Below are positions 1 to 9,099 of a stretch of DNA of 40,607 nucleotides, one piece after another; position 1 is the first letter of the stretch, and each line of letters begins with the position of its first letter. The notes below the pieces were generated by a model. It had not been told where the DNA came from. It worked only from the letters and a program-made list of their open reading frames with translations, and searched no databases. The DNA is from Alphaproteobacteria bacterium (lineage in GTDB: Bacteria; Pseudomonadota; Alphaproteobacteria; Micavibrionales; Micavibrionaceae), in the NCBI GenBank assembly GCA_046541095.1, contig JBKHDZ010000001.1, positions 1 through 40,607 of the forward strand, in the 5' to 3' direction. The translations under genes were made by a program, and so were the position numbers.

Positions 1-89
1 TTGGCAATGAAAGTCCTCGTTTGTTGCTGGTGGCCGATCCTTTTGGCAGTAACCCTTAGTGCACTTTAGAAGGATAGGATAGGCAAGAA

Positions 90-728
90 ATGTCAGGGTT
101 TCGTTTAAAATTTCCAGCACATATTCACCGCGTTCATAAAGAAACCGATGTTTTAAATGCGGCCTTGGTGCCCGACATTAACGCTGTTATATGCCCGCGG
201 GATTTACAAGGCGATTTTAAAACCGTGGCGGCCAAGATTTTGACCAAACGCAAAAAGCTCGATGTTATCAGATTGGGGTATGGGGCAGGGCGTGAAATTT
301 TTCCGCGGCTAAAAGAGTTTACTCGCGCTCTGCACAGCGCCGAATGTCTCACGGCTATTGCCCAAATTCAGCGTGATTTTGAATTATTGCGCGAGCGCGG
401 GCTTGATGTGGAATTACGCGTGGAACGTAACCGGCCTGCAAAAGAGCCTCGCATTGGCGGTAATAAGGATGGCCGCTTAGCTAAAACGCGCATTGTTTAT
501 TGCGGTGGCGACACACTGGGATGGGCTGCAAAAGACTGCCGCATTGATTTGAAGAAAAATTGGGGCGCTGTTTGTGTTAAAGAGGGGGCGCGGCCTTTTG
601 TGATAAAGCAGGGCAGCCTCTATAAATATAAACTCGGCGCACATCCTGATGAAAAACCCTTTGTTTACAGCGAGATTGATGAGGCACAAGCGCCGCGCAT
701 GTTTATGGAGGCGGTTATTGGACGATAA
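90..728 (+). CDS. hypothetical cytoplasmic protein; no family I can name with confidence (only a vague resemblance to DUF1826-type proteins)
   Basis: 212-aa ORF with an ATG start. No signal peptide or TM segment. Convergent with motA across a 19-nt gap. No motif I recognise firmly. Confidence 0.45.
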   Translation: MSGFRLKFPAHIHRVHKETDVLNAALVPDINAVICPRDLQGDFKTVAAKILTKRKKLDVIRLGYGAGREIFPRLKEFTRALHSAECLTAIAQIQRDFELLRERGLDVELRVERNRPAKEPRIGGNKDGRLAKTRIVYCGGDTLGWAAKDCRIDLKKNWGAVCVKEGARPFVIKQGSLYKYKLGAHPDEKPFVYSEIDEAQAPRMFMEAVIGR

Positions 729-747
729 ATACGTTATTCAGAGAACT

Positions 748-1602
748 TTAATCGAAATAATCGATTTGCTCGGACGGGGGAAGCTCGCTGTTTAAAAGCA
801 TTTCCAAGCGGCGCGGGTTTTCCTGCCGCGCGATAGATACCGCCGCCGTGGAAATCAGGGTTTTAACCAGAGCTTCATCGGCGGAATTCTTTTCCAGCTT
901 GACCGCCAGTGGCGCCATGATCACAGTTCCTAAAATGGCGCCGTAAAACGTGGTAAGCAGAGCAACAGCCATAGCGGGGCCAATCGTTTCGGGATTTTCA
1001 AGATCGGCCAGCATTTGCACCAGACCCACAAGCGTACCGATTAGCCCCATAGCCGGAGCCACTTCCGAAGCGCGGCGTGTAATACCGGCCGAGCGTTTGT
1101 GACGCTCCATAAGAGCGTCAATTTCATTTTTCATCATGCGCTCTATATCATCGGGTTGATAGCCATCAATAACAAGTTGCATAATGCGCTGAAGATAAGG
1201 GTCTTTGCGCAATTCGCTATCATATTGGGAAATGGCCAGAATACCGTTTTTGCGGGCAACAACGGCAATATCCATCAGATTTGTGGCTAGTTTCGAGGGC
1301 GAGTAAATCCGTCTTACCAGCGTATTGCCGATAACATGGCCCGCTCTGGCCAGCTCTTCTCCGGTATAGGAAATGGCCGTGGCCGCCATGGTGCCGAATA
1401 AGACAATCATCAGGGCCGGAACATTAAAGAAATTTGCATTGCTTTGCCCCAAGGCGATAGCAGCCGCAATAAGACCAACAGCAAAAACCGCCCCGAAAAT
1501 AGTGGCCAGATCGGCCTTTTTACGTGGCTGGGCAAGGGAAAGGGTGGGCATAGCGCCGCCTGTTCCCTGATCGGCTTTTATATCTTGAGCAGCATCACTC
1601 AT
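748..1602 (-). CDS. motA: flagellar stator protein MotA (MotA/TolQ/ExbB proton-channel family)
   Basis: 284 aa. N-terminal TM pair (ADLATIFGAVFAVGLIAAAIALG). C-terminal channel motif (APAMGLIGTLVGLVQML...GPAMAVALLTTFYGAILG). Lies 36 nt downstream of fliN on the same strand. Start could also be Met18. Confidence 0.9.
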   Translation of the reverse strand: MSDAAQDIKADQGTGGAMPTLSLAQPRKKADLATIFGAVFAVGLIAAAIALGQSNANFFNVPALMIVLFGTMAATAISYTGEELARAGHVIGNTLVRRIYSPSKLATNLMDIAVVARKNGILAISQYDSELRKDPYLQRIMQLVIDGYQPDDIERMMKNEIDALMERHKRSAGITRRASEVAPAMGLIGTLVGLVQMLADLENPETIGPAMAVALLTTFYGAILGTVIMAPLAVKLEKNSADEALVKTLISTAAVSIARQENPRRLEMLLNSELPPSEQIDYFD

Positions 1603-1638
1603 TTTGGGTTCATGCTTTTATTCAATTATTCAATACCA

Positions 1639-2073
1639 TTATGATCGATCGGATTTGACAATTTCTGTCATGGTGACACCTAGCTTGTCTTCCACAACAA
1701 CAACCTCGCCGCGCGCCACAAGACGGTTATTCACATAAATATCAATGGCTTCGCCGACTTTACGGTCCAGTTCAACAACCGCACCCCGTCCCAGTTTCAA
1801 AAGCTGGCTGACCTGCATGGTCGAGCGGCCAAGCACCGCCGAAATCTGAACGGGAATATCATAAATAGCCGTTACATCGCCGGCCATTGGCTCGCCGATT
1901 TCAAATTCCTGATCCATGCTCATGCCGCCTGTATCGCTGCCCTCGATTTCATCGAGATTCATGCCGCCGCCTTCACCGTCATCAAAAATATTATCAATAT
2001 CATCCTGACCCATGGCGCCGCCATCAGCCGATGTTTCATCTACGCCGCTATTGCCTTGTTCATCATCACTCAT
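1639..2073 (-). CDS. fliN: flagellar motor switch protein FliN with a ~70-aa acidic N-terminal extension
   Basis: C-terminal SpoA/FliN domain (IPVQISAVLGRSTMQVSQLLKLGRGAVVELDRKVGEAIDIYVNNRLVARGEVVVVEDKLGVTMTEI). The ATG overlaps the fliH stop (GATGAGTGA) and has a GGAGA Shine-Dalgarno upstream. Confidence 0.92.
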   Translation of the reverse strand: MSDDEQGNSGVDETSADGGAMGQDDIDNIFDDGEGGGMNLDEIEGSDTGGMSMDQEFEIGEPMAGDVTAIYDIPVQISAVLGRSTMQVSQLLKLGRGAVVELDRKVGEAIDIYVNNRLVARGEVVVVEDKLGVTMTEIVKSDRS

Positions 2074-2893
2074 CAGGTTTCTCCATTTGTTGGTCTTCCG
2101 GTGGTGCGCTATTCGGATCGAAATCCGGTTCAGCGCTCTGATTTATCTGTGTGTCTTTATCTTCTTGAATATCTGCGCTTGCAGGTTCCGTGCCGATTGG
2201 CCCATCGTCCTTTGGAATTGTTTGTTCCTCACCTCTACTATCATGACGTTTTCCATCAGTGCCCGCAAGTGTATCGTGCAGAATTGTCCTTATTTCTTCG
2301 GCAATCGCACTGATATCTTTTACCGCGCCGCCATCCTTCCAGTAAATTTTAATGGCCAGAGCATCCAGAGAATCATTTCCGATAATATCGAATCTTTGTT
2401 GGGATTGGGCAGGAAGCGAAAGCGTGCCGATATGATTTTGAACGCCTTCTACCGTATCGGGGTGAGCTTCAATGCGAATTTCGGATTGGTTTTCCTGTTT
2501 TTTTAATATGCGTGTCAAACAGGCGCTTAATTCCTCAAAGCCGTGCAGTGTTTTTTGTTCGGGGAATAATTTTTGAAAAATTGTCAGCGCAAGCTTAACG
2601 CTTTCTTCTTCAAAAATTTTCTCGCGGGCGGTTTCTGCTACAAAAAGTGCGGTCGCATCTTCGCCGATTTTCTGTAGCACTTGCGCAACCATTTGCTCGC
2701 GGCTTGCAGCCGATTCTTTCAGCCCGTCTTTTTTGCCCTGTTCATAGGCGCGCCTGTAGGTTTCCTCTTTTGCGGTTTCCAGTTCTTCCTGGGAATATGT
2801 GGGAGGAGGAGGCTCTTCGTGCTCATCTTCTTCAATCTCCGGTTCATCGAAGATATGCTGGTTAAAAAGAAATTTTTCGCTATCTTTGCCCAC
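2066..2893 (-). CDS. fliH: flagellar assembly protein FliH (export ATPase regulator) with an acidic C-terminal tail
   Basis: Sits between fliG and fliN. N-terminal FliH-type motif YSQEELETAKEETYRRAYEQGKKDG. 275 aa. Confidence 0.72.
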   Translation of the reverse strand: MGKDSEKFLFNQHIFDEPEIEEDEHEEPPPPTYSQEELETAKEETYRRAYEQGKKDGLKESAASREQMVAQVLQKIGEDATALFVAETAREKIFEEESVKLALTIFQKLFPEQKTLHGFEELSACLTRILKKQENQSEIRIEAHPDTVEGVQNHIGTLSLPAQSQQRFDIIGNDSLDALAIKIYWKDGGAVKDISAIAEEIRTILHDTLAGTDGKRHDSRGEEQTIPKDDGPIGTEPASADIQEDKDTQINQSAEPDFDPNSAPPEDQQMEKPDE

Positions 2894-2916
2894 GGTCTTG
2901 GTGTGCCTTTCGGATT

Positions 2917-3942
2917 TTAATAAATCATTTCGTCTTCTTCATTGCCGGACGCGATAATAATCTCGCCGCGCGCTTCCAGATCTTTGGCAACATTCACAAT
3001 ATATTGCTGGGCTTCTTCCACATCACGCAAGCGAACAGGCCCCATTGCAGCCATATCTTCTTTCATGATTTTGGCCGCACGCTCGGACATATTCGAGAAG
3101 AACAAATCTTTCAGGCTGTCTGTTGCCCCTTTCAAAGCGCCCGGAAGCTTGTCTTTGTCCACTGCGCGGATGAGCGTCTGGATTGCGGAAGGGTCAAGCT
3201 TTGTAAGGTCTTCGAATGTAAACATGAGAGAGCGGATTTTCTCGGCAGAATCGGGCGTGCTTTTTTCCAGCTCTTCCATAAAACGTGCTTCGACGGAGCG
3301 CTCCATATTATTGAAAATATCGGCGATTAATTCATGGGAATCGCGGCGCTGGGTTCTGGCCAGATTGGTCATGAATTCGGTGCGCAATGTCTTTTCGACT
3401 TCATCCAGAATCTCTTTTTGTACCGCTTCCATTCGAAGCATGCGGTGAATTACTTCCAGAGCAAATCCTTCAGGCAACAAAGCCAGAACGCGGGCGGCGT
3501 GATCGGTCGAGATTTTGGACAGAACAACCGACACCGTTTGCGGATACTCTTTTTGCAAGAAGGTTGCGAGGATTTCTTCACTGACATTGCCCAGTTTTTC
3601 CCACATCGTACGACCGGCAGGACCGCGGATTTCTTCCATGATCTGGTCGATTTTATCTGTGCTGAGGCCTGCCTTGGTCAGAAGGCGCTCTGTGCTGTCT
3701 TGCGTACCGACAAGCGCATTGGTGGACGTCATCTGCTCGGCGAAATCCACGAACAGGCGTTCGACCACATTCGGGCCGACTTTTCCGAGCGTGGCCATGG
3801 TTTGTGAAATCTCCATGATTTCTTCATCATCCATATGCTCGAAAATGCGGGCTGTATGCTCTTCTCCCAAAGCCAGCATCAAAATAGCTGCTTTTTCAGG
3901 CCCGGTTAAAGTTCTGTAATCCTCACGTATGCGCATAGACAT
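2917..3942 (-). CDS. fliG: flagellar motor switch protein FliG
   Basis: 341 aa. [17 protein letters not shown] start and MFTFEDL motif, typical of FliG. Directly follows fliF. Confidence 0.96.
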   Translation of the reverse strand: MSMRIREDYRTLTGPEKAAILMLALGEEHTARIFEHMDDEEIMEISQTMATLGKVGPNVVERLFVDFAEQMTSTNALVGTQDSTERLLTKAGLSTDKIDQIMEEIRGPAGRTMWEKLGNVSEEILATFLQKEYPQTVSVVLSKISTDHAARVLALLPEGFALEVIHRMLRMEAVQKEILDEVEKTLRTEFMTNLARTQRRDSHELIADIFNNMERSVEARFMEELEKSTPDSAEKIRSLMFTFEDLTKLDPSAIQTLIRAVDKDKLPGALKGATDSLKDLFFSNMSERAAKIMKEDMAAMGPVRLRDVEEAQQYIVNVAKDLEARGEIIIASGNEEDEMIY

Positions 3943-3963
3943 GGCTCGTTAATACCTTGTGCG

Positions 3964-5613
3964 TTATTGGTTTTCCTGTGTCATCCAGCTTCGGATAACC
4001 GAAACCGTTTCCTGCGGATAGTTTTCGACAATTTCCTCGACCTTCTTGATGGAGGAAGCCTTCACTTTTCCATCAACCCCGGTGATATTGATCATGGAAT
4101 CTTCATCATCCTCGATATTCACCCCTTCAGGCTCCTCCAGATCAGGGGCGGCTAAAGCGGGGCTGTCGGGACGGGCGGCCAGAAGATCGGCCTCCAGCCC
4201 TTCATCAATTTCCGTGCCTTCGGAAGAAAGCAGGCGGGATACCATCGGTTGCAAGACAAGTAAGACAACCAGAATAATCATAATGGCAACCGTTAGAATT
4301 TCGGCTGTATCCAGCAAGTCGGACTTCTTGAAGCCCAAAAGCATGCTGTCATCAGCGCCCACAGGGGTTGTATCAATATCGGCGAATTGCATATTGATAA
4401 CTTCCAGTTGGTCGCCGCGCATATCATCATACCCAATGGCCGTGCGGACAAGAGCCTCGATCTGCTGTAATTGCTCTTCATTGCGCGGCTCGTAAATGCG
4501 TTCGCCTTCTTCATTGACCGTGTAGCGGCCATCCACGAGAACGGCGACAGCAAGCTTTTGAATTTCACCGACTTCCCGCACTGTGGAGCGAACTGTGCGG
4601 CTGATTTCGTAATTGGCAACTTCTTCAATACGGTTGTTTTCCAGCGAGGGTTGTTGCTCGTTCAGCAAGAGATCATTGCCGATACCAGGAAGGTTGTTTT
4701 CGACCGAAACATCATTATCGGGTGCTTCGCGCTCAAGAGCGTTTTCTTCTGTTGTCTGGGAAGAGCGCAAGACTTGCCCTTCGGGGTCGTATAGCTCTTC
4801 ATTGGTGCTGATACGATCAAAATTCATTTCCGCCGTAACGGTGGCCCTTACATTGCCGTAACCTACAACGCGGGCAACCTGATCCTCGACTTTCTGTGTC
4901 AGGCGGCGCTCAAAAGCAAGGCGTCGCTCTTCGGCCTTCATGGACATCAGGTCTTCACCATCCTGCCCGCCTTGCGCCAAAAGATTACCATCGCTGTCAA
5001 TCAGGGAAACATTGGCGGTTTTCAGTTCCGCAACGGCCGAGGCCACCAGCGATTGAATGGCGGCAATATTATTGCGGGAAAGCTGTGCACCGCGCTGTAT
5101 TCCCAAAAATACACTGGCGCGTGCTTCCTGGGATTCGCGGCTGAACAATTCGCGCTTGGGTAAAACCAGGTGCACCCGAGCGCTACGGATGTTTTCAAGC
5201 GAGCTGATGGTGCGTGACAGCTCGCCTTCCAAAGCGCGGACCTGGTTAATGTTCTGTACAAAATTGGTAGTGCCAAAGCCCGATTGGTTATCAAAAATTT
5301 CATAGCCCAAAGAGCCGCCATTGGGCAGACCTTTTTCCGCAAGCAGCATACGGGCGCGCCCCACATCGGGTTCGGATACAAGGATGCGCGCGCCATCGGC
5401 GGAAACTTCGTAGGCCACGCCATTGGCTTCCAGTTCTGCAACAACAGCGCCGGAATCAATCGTGGACAAGTCCTGATACAAGAGTTTCATGGACGGCGTG
5501 GCCACCCTGAAAGACACGAAGACAAAGAATAAAAGCAGGCCAAGCATGATTGCACCCATAATGGCGAGCTTGGATGGGCCTAGCTGTTTTAACGTTTCTA
5601 AAAATGAATTCAC
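3964..5613 (-). CDS. fliF: flagellar MS-ring protein FliF
   Basis: 549 aa. N-terminal TM, YscJ/FliF ring domain (RARMLLAEKGLP, LSRTISSLENIRSARVHLVLP), and a C-terminal TM with a FliG-binding tail. Confidence 0.96.
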   Translation of the reverse strand: MNSFLETLKQLGPSKLAIMGAIMLGLLLFFVFVSFRVATPSMKLLYQDLSTIDSGAVVAELEANGVAYEVSADGARILVSEPDVGRARMLLAEKGLPNGGSLGYEIFDNQSGFGTTNFVQNINQVRALEGELSRTISSLENIRSARVHLVLPKRELFSRESQEARASVFLGIQRGAQLSRNNIAAIQSLVASAVAELKTANVSLIDSDGNLLAQGGQDGEDLMSMKAEERRLAFERRLTQKVEDQVARVVGYGNVRATVTAEMNFDRISTNEELYDPEGQVLRSSQTTEENALEREAPDNDVSVENNLPGIGNDLLLNEQQPSLENNRIEEVANYEISRTVRSTVREVGEIQKLAVAVLVDGRYTVNEEGERIYEPRNEEQLQQIEALVRTAIGYDDMRGDQLEVINMQFADIDTTPVGADDSMLLGFKKSDLLDTAEILTVAIMIILVVLLVLQPMVSRLLSSEGTEIDEGLEADLLAARPDSPALAAPDLEEPEGVNIEDDEDSMINITGVDGKVKASSIKKVEEIVENYPQETVSVIRSWMTQENQ

Positions 5614-5873
5614 TTTAATTATATCCTGTTTTATCTGGTCTGATCTCTAAGCGGGGAGAGATATTTATGTGCAATTCAGGCGAATCACTTTTTAAGGTTC
5701 TACTCCCAGTATAATATGTTTTTTTCCATTTTTCCATCTAGCTGTGGATGGAATTCCGGCTCTTGCTTTTTATGAGAAGAAATAATGCATATTTCAGGCC
5801 ATTTTAGCGAGGAAGTAGTTAAGGATTTGTTAATGATTCGAGTTATTTAAATGCCATTTTCAGGTTGTTTTCC

Positions 5874-5902
5874 TTGACATTTGCACTAGGACGCGATAAG
5901 AT
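5874..5902 (+). promoter_or_regulatory. sigma70-like promoter candidate for flaG (TTGACA-N17-TAAGAT)
   Basis: TTGACA at 5874-5879, 17-nt spacer, TAAGAT at 5897-5902. About 80 nt upstream of the flaG ATG. Confidence 0.35.
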
Positions 5903-5980
5903 GATAATAGACAAGTGTAATTTTTTCGCCTATGGGGATAGGCACTAGTTTGAAAATTATGCTTTTGGTTAGGGAATATT

Positions 5981-6469
5981 ATGATTGAAGCAATTAATTC
6001 AGCTGTAGCAAATGCGACCTTGGTCCGTGGCAATGCGGGTCAGGTTTCAAATGCGTCCAGTATCAGCAAATTGCAGGAACTGCAAAAGGTTGAAATGCCA
6101 TTGGCTCCCTATGTCAGCTTGTTTGTTCAAATGAATAATGAATATAACAAGGCTGTTTTGCAAATCAGAGATTCTGACACAGGGGATGTGCAAAACCAGT
6201 TCCCTTCAGAAACAACGATGCGCGCCAGAGCAGCGCAGGCTGAGATTGAAACGCAAAGCGTACGTAATTTGGTGCGGGAAGCATCTAGCGAAGATAACAG
6301 TAATAATAGTGCCCCGAGCGTTAATATTCCTTCTGCTGAAATTATCGTTTCTGGCCAAAGTTCTGAGAGCAATACGCGTGTTGCTGAAGCACAAATAGCA
6401 TCGGCCACATTTAGCGCACAGGCGCTAGCGCAAAATCCGGTTTCCGGTTCGGTTAGCCTTGTCGCCTAG
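5981..6469 (+). CDS. flaG: FlaG-family flagellar protein
   Basis: 162 aa. Core VSLFVQMNNEYNKAVLQIRDSDTGDVQNQFPSE matches the FlaG pattern (F-v-d...vv-v-D-TgEvirqiPsE). Adjacent to flaF, flbT and flagellin, as in Caulobacter. Confidence 0.6.
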   Translation: MIEAINSAVANATLVRGNAGQVSNASSISKLQELQKVEMPLAPYVSLFVQMNNEYNKAVLQIRDSDTGDVQNQFPSETTMRARAAQAEIETQSVRNLVREASSEDNSNNSAPSVNIPSAEIIVSGQSSESNTRVAEAQIASATFSAQALAQNPVSGSVSLVA

Positions 6470-6500
6470 ACAATAAAATAAGACATAGAGATTTATTGGA

Positions 6501-6527
6501 ATGTCTGTTTTCACAGGCATTTTTTTA
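6501..6527 (+). terminator. rho-independent terminator after flaG
   Basis: Stem ATGTCTG / CAGGCAT (one G-U pair), 6-nt loop, then TTTTTTT. The T-run overlaps the flaF stop codon. Confidence 0.55.
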
Positions 6528-7076
6528 TACGTTTTCGGTATTTATGCTTTGCGTATTTTGTGTTTTGCTAACACTCTCATGCTTTGAGTTCTCATGAGTA
6601 GCTTCGGGGGCATTATTACCGGATAATAGCGCGTCTGGTGTTTGTGCAGGCGCGGACGATATTGTTGCTTTGCCGATTAAGCCGCTTGCAATTTCCTTAT
6701 TAATATTAACCAGAACATCCAGCTTTGTAACATCGCGTTCGCGGTCGGCAAGAATTTCCGTTTCGCGTTTAAAAATAAAATTGGCCAGATTGATAATATT
6801 GCTGCGAAGATCATCAGGGCGATCACCATCATTGTTTTCAATCGCCGTATCATAAAACATCATCCATATCTGGCGATTATATTTAAGCGTGGCTTCCAAA
6901 AGATCGGTATCGTTTTTGGCTGTTTCCCAATTTTTCTGCAGATCTTTAATCATGCCTGCGGCCTTTAAAAGCACGCGGCCCTCCAGTTCGCGCTGGTCAG
7001 GGGTGTTTTTTTGCGCATTGTCACCGTAAGCACCTGCTGCTTTTGCATAGGGGTTATTGGGCGGCGTATTACTCAT
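6525..7076 (-). CDS. flaF: flagellar biosynthesis regulator FlaF, with a ~50-aa C-terminal extension
   Basis: RELEGRVLLKAAGMI...YNRQIWMMFYD...LRSNIINLANFI...INKEIASGL aligns with the Caulobacter FlaF pattern. Follows flbT. Confidence 0.85.
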   Translation of the reverse strand: MSNTPPNNPYAKAAGAYGDNAQKNTPDQRELEGRVLLKAAGMIKDLQKNWETAKNDTDLLEATLKYNRQIWMMFYDTAIENNDGDRPDDLRSNIINLANFIFKRETEILADRERDVTKLDVLVNINKEIASGLIGKATISSAPAQTPDALLSGNNAPEATHENSKHESVSKTQNTQSINTENV

Positions 7077-7100
7077 TCTTATACTTCCTTTTAACTTCTT

Positions 7101-7508
7101 CTATTCCGTTCCTGTTTTGCCCCTGGCTTTTTGAAGCAATTCTTCTTCATGTTCTATCAATTGCCGCGCCAGTTTCATGGCTTTATAATAACGGTCATTA
7201 ATAATTTCCTCATTAATCTGTGCAAAAAATATGCCACATGACGGGGCGGCTTCCTGAATTTCTTCGACCATATCGAAATAGGATTTATGCAACTCATTGG
7301 GATTTTTCGCCAGATACATCGCCTGAATAATGAAGTAAACACGCTTGCATGGAGATTTTGCCGCGTCCTCTTCACGCATGACATCTTTTTCGCGCAAAAT
7401 AGGGGCGTCTCCCGCTATATGGAGGCGCGTGCGCTGGCTATCATTGGTAATGACGGCTTCCCCTATCAGGATTTTTTCACCGGGTTTGAGATCAATTACG
7501 AGGGCCAT
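7101..7508 (-). CDS. flbT: flagellin translational repressor FlbT
   Basis: The N-terminus MALVIDLKPGEKILIGEAVITN...ILREKDVM is the characteristic FlbT start. 135 aa. Confidence 0.9.
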   Translation of the reverse strand: MALVIDLKPGEKILIGEAVITNDSQRTRLHIAGDAPILREKDVMREEDAAKSPCKRVYFIIQAMYLAKNPNELHKSYFDMVEEIQEAAPSCGIFFAQINEEIINDRYYKAMKLARQLIEHEEELLQKARGKTGTE

Positions 7509-7558
7509 AGGAATTCTTCCTTTCTATATGCTAACAAATTAGGTGGACATATTTGCTA

Positions 7559-7574
7559 TGCAAGCATTCTGCCA
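7559..7574 (-). promoter_or_regulatory. sigma54 (-24/-12) promoter candidate for flbT-flaF
   Basis: Minus strand reads TGGCAG-aatgc-TTGCA (consensus TGGCAC-N5-TTGCA). It is 50 nt upstream of the flbT ATG and downstream of the flagellin terminator. Confidence 0.6.
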
Positions 7575-7609
7575 TTCTTAAATTCTACCAAAAAATTATT
7601 GATAAGAAC

Positions 7610-7646
7610 ATAAGAAAAGAAAAAGCCCCGAATTTCTTTTCGGGGC
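7610..7646 (-). terminator. rho-independent terminator of the flagellin gene
   Basis: Minus strand: GCCCCGAA-aagaaa-TTCGGGGC followed by TTTTTCTTTTCTT. Lies 35 nt after the flagellin stop. Confidence 0.85.
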
Positions 7647-7680
7647 TTTAACCTTAAAATTATTAATATTGATCTGTTTA

Positions 7681-8925
7681 TTAGAACAGACGAAGTACTC
7701 CCTGCTGAGCCTGAGAAGCCAAGGACAGAGAGGTAACACCCAACTGCTGTCTTGTCTGCAGGGCAAGCAAGTTTGCGCCTTCCTCGTTCAGATCTGCCAA
7801 TGTCAAGTCATCAGAACCGGCTTTCAGAGTTTCGATTGTTTGCTCTGTAAAGTTACGGCGTGTCTGGATCAATGACAAGTCTGTTGCGATCAATCCGCCA
7901 AAGTCGCGCACTGTTGTTGTCGCATCATCCAACTGGGCAGAACGTGTGTCCACGTTTGCTCGAGTTGAGAAGTCGGCAACAGATAGGCCAAGGCCAGTGG
8001 CTGTCAAGTCGTCACCAGTTGTGTTCAGGTTACTTGTACCCTCTTCATTGAAGACGGTCAGCAAGTCATTCCCTTTCAACAGGTTAATACCGTTAAAGCT
8101 GGAGTCATTCGCAGTTGCTGAAATTTCTGTCAAAATCTTGTCGTAACGAGATTCCAGGTTTTCCAGCTGGCTGTAAAGACCGGCATAAATCGGTGTTTGA
8201 CCTGAGGTATCACGGATGATCGTTCCACCAAAGTTGACTTCAGCATCAGGATCGGCTGCACCGGCATCGTTCACTGTGACATCAATGCTTTCGATATCCG
8301 AAACTTCAAAGCCTGTGTTTACGGCAATTGACAATTCACCGTCCGCAAATGTGGCGTTCAAAAGCTGACGGTTGTTCCCGAACACAGTTGTCTGGTTCAG
8401 GGCGTTCACTACGTCAGTGATAGAATCGCCGGCTGCGATTTGGATTGTTGTTGTTGTGCCGAAAGCTTCGATTGTGAAATCAATCGTATCACCGGCTCCA
8501 ACGCCTTCAATACCACCTGCGAGATCATCCAGTGTCATACCGGTTGTTGCCACACCTGTTGTTGTCGATGTGGAAATAAGGCCACGGATTGTTCCGATGT
8601 TTCTATCTGAACCGTTGTAAGCAGATTTTGCTTCATCAATGATAGATTCGGCAGTATCCAGCAATTTGTTAATCGCTGTAATACCTTTATCGGCTTCTTC
8701 AATAGTTCTGATAGAGAGGTTAATTCCATCCAAAAGCGTTGTCAGGTCGCTTGCGCGATCCGAAAAAGACTGCGCACGGAAGAAGTTCAACGGATTATCA
8801 AGAGCCGAATTAACTTTCTTACCGGTGGACAGACGGAATTGTGTCTGATCAACCTGTCGTTGCGTGTCTTGGAGGGAGAGTAAGTTATTCCGCAATGCGG
8901 ACGTTAGTGCTACATCACCAGTCAT
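7681..8925 (-). CDS. fliC: flagellin (414 aa) with a Thr/Ser/Gly/Asp-rich central domain
   Basis: N-terminal D0/D1 (ALRNNLLSLQDTQRQVDQTQFRLSTGKKVNSALDNP) and C-terminal D1/D0 (LLALQTRQQLGVTSLSLASQAQQGVLRLF). Confidence 0.95.
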   Translation of the reverse strand: MTGDVALTSALRNNLLSLQDTQRQVDQTQFRLSTGKKVNSALDNPLNFFRAQSFSDRASDLTTLLDGINLSIRTIEEADKGITAINKLLDTAESIIDEAKSAYNGSDRNIGTIRGLISTSTTTGVATTGMTLDDLAGGIEGVGAGDTIDFTIEAFGTTTTIQIAAGDSITDVVNALNQTTVFGNNRQLLNATFADGELSIAVNTGFEVSDIESIDVTVNDAGAADPDAEVNFGGTIIRDTSGQTPIYAGLYSQLENLESRYDKILTEISATANDSSFNGINLLKGNDLLTVFNEEGTSNLNTTGDDLTATGLGLSVADFSTRANVDTRSAQLDDATTTVRDFGGLIATDLSLIQTRRNFTEQTIETLKAGSDDLTLADLNEEGANLLALQTRQQLGVTSLSLASQAQQGVLRLF

Positions 8926-8969
8926 GGTTCTATTCCTTTCCTAGGTTTAGAGTTTCATATATGTAGTTA

Positions 8970-8990
8970 GAACTCGAATTCCTTGAGTTC
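8970..8990 (-). promoter_or_regulatory. small hairpin in the presumed flagellin 5' leader
   Basis: Minus strand GAACUC-aaggaauuc-GAGUUC, 45-65 nt upstream of the flagellin ATG. The promoter is not identified, so membership in the transcript is assumed. Confidence 0.25.
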
Positions 8991-9099
8991 ATACTTAACA
9001 ATAGCAGAAAAAGTCTTAACAGGCAGTAAATATTTATGCGTTCCATCTATTTTTTGCTATGATTTATATCCAAAACAGCCAAAATAAAAAGACATTTCC

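Noticed and set aside
1-69. Possible 3' end of an upstream plus-strand gene (…LAMKVLVCCWWPILLAVTLSAL-stop).
   Set aside because: Only 22 codons are visible, hydrophobic but uninformative. It cannot be distinguished from non-coding sequence.
5819-5833. CtrA-box-like TTAA-N7-TTAA (TTAAggatttgTTAA) in the fliF/flaG divergent region.
   Set aside because: It is a single occurrence in an AT-rich 367-nt spacer, about 200 nt from the fliF ATG. I found no second full match before the other presumed early operons (fliX, fliL, fliP), so chance cannot be excluded. It is worth a position-weight-matrix scan but is not reportable as a site.
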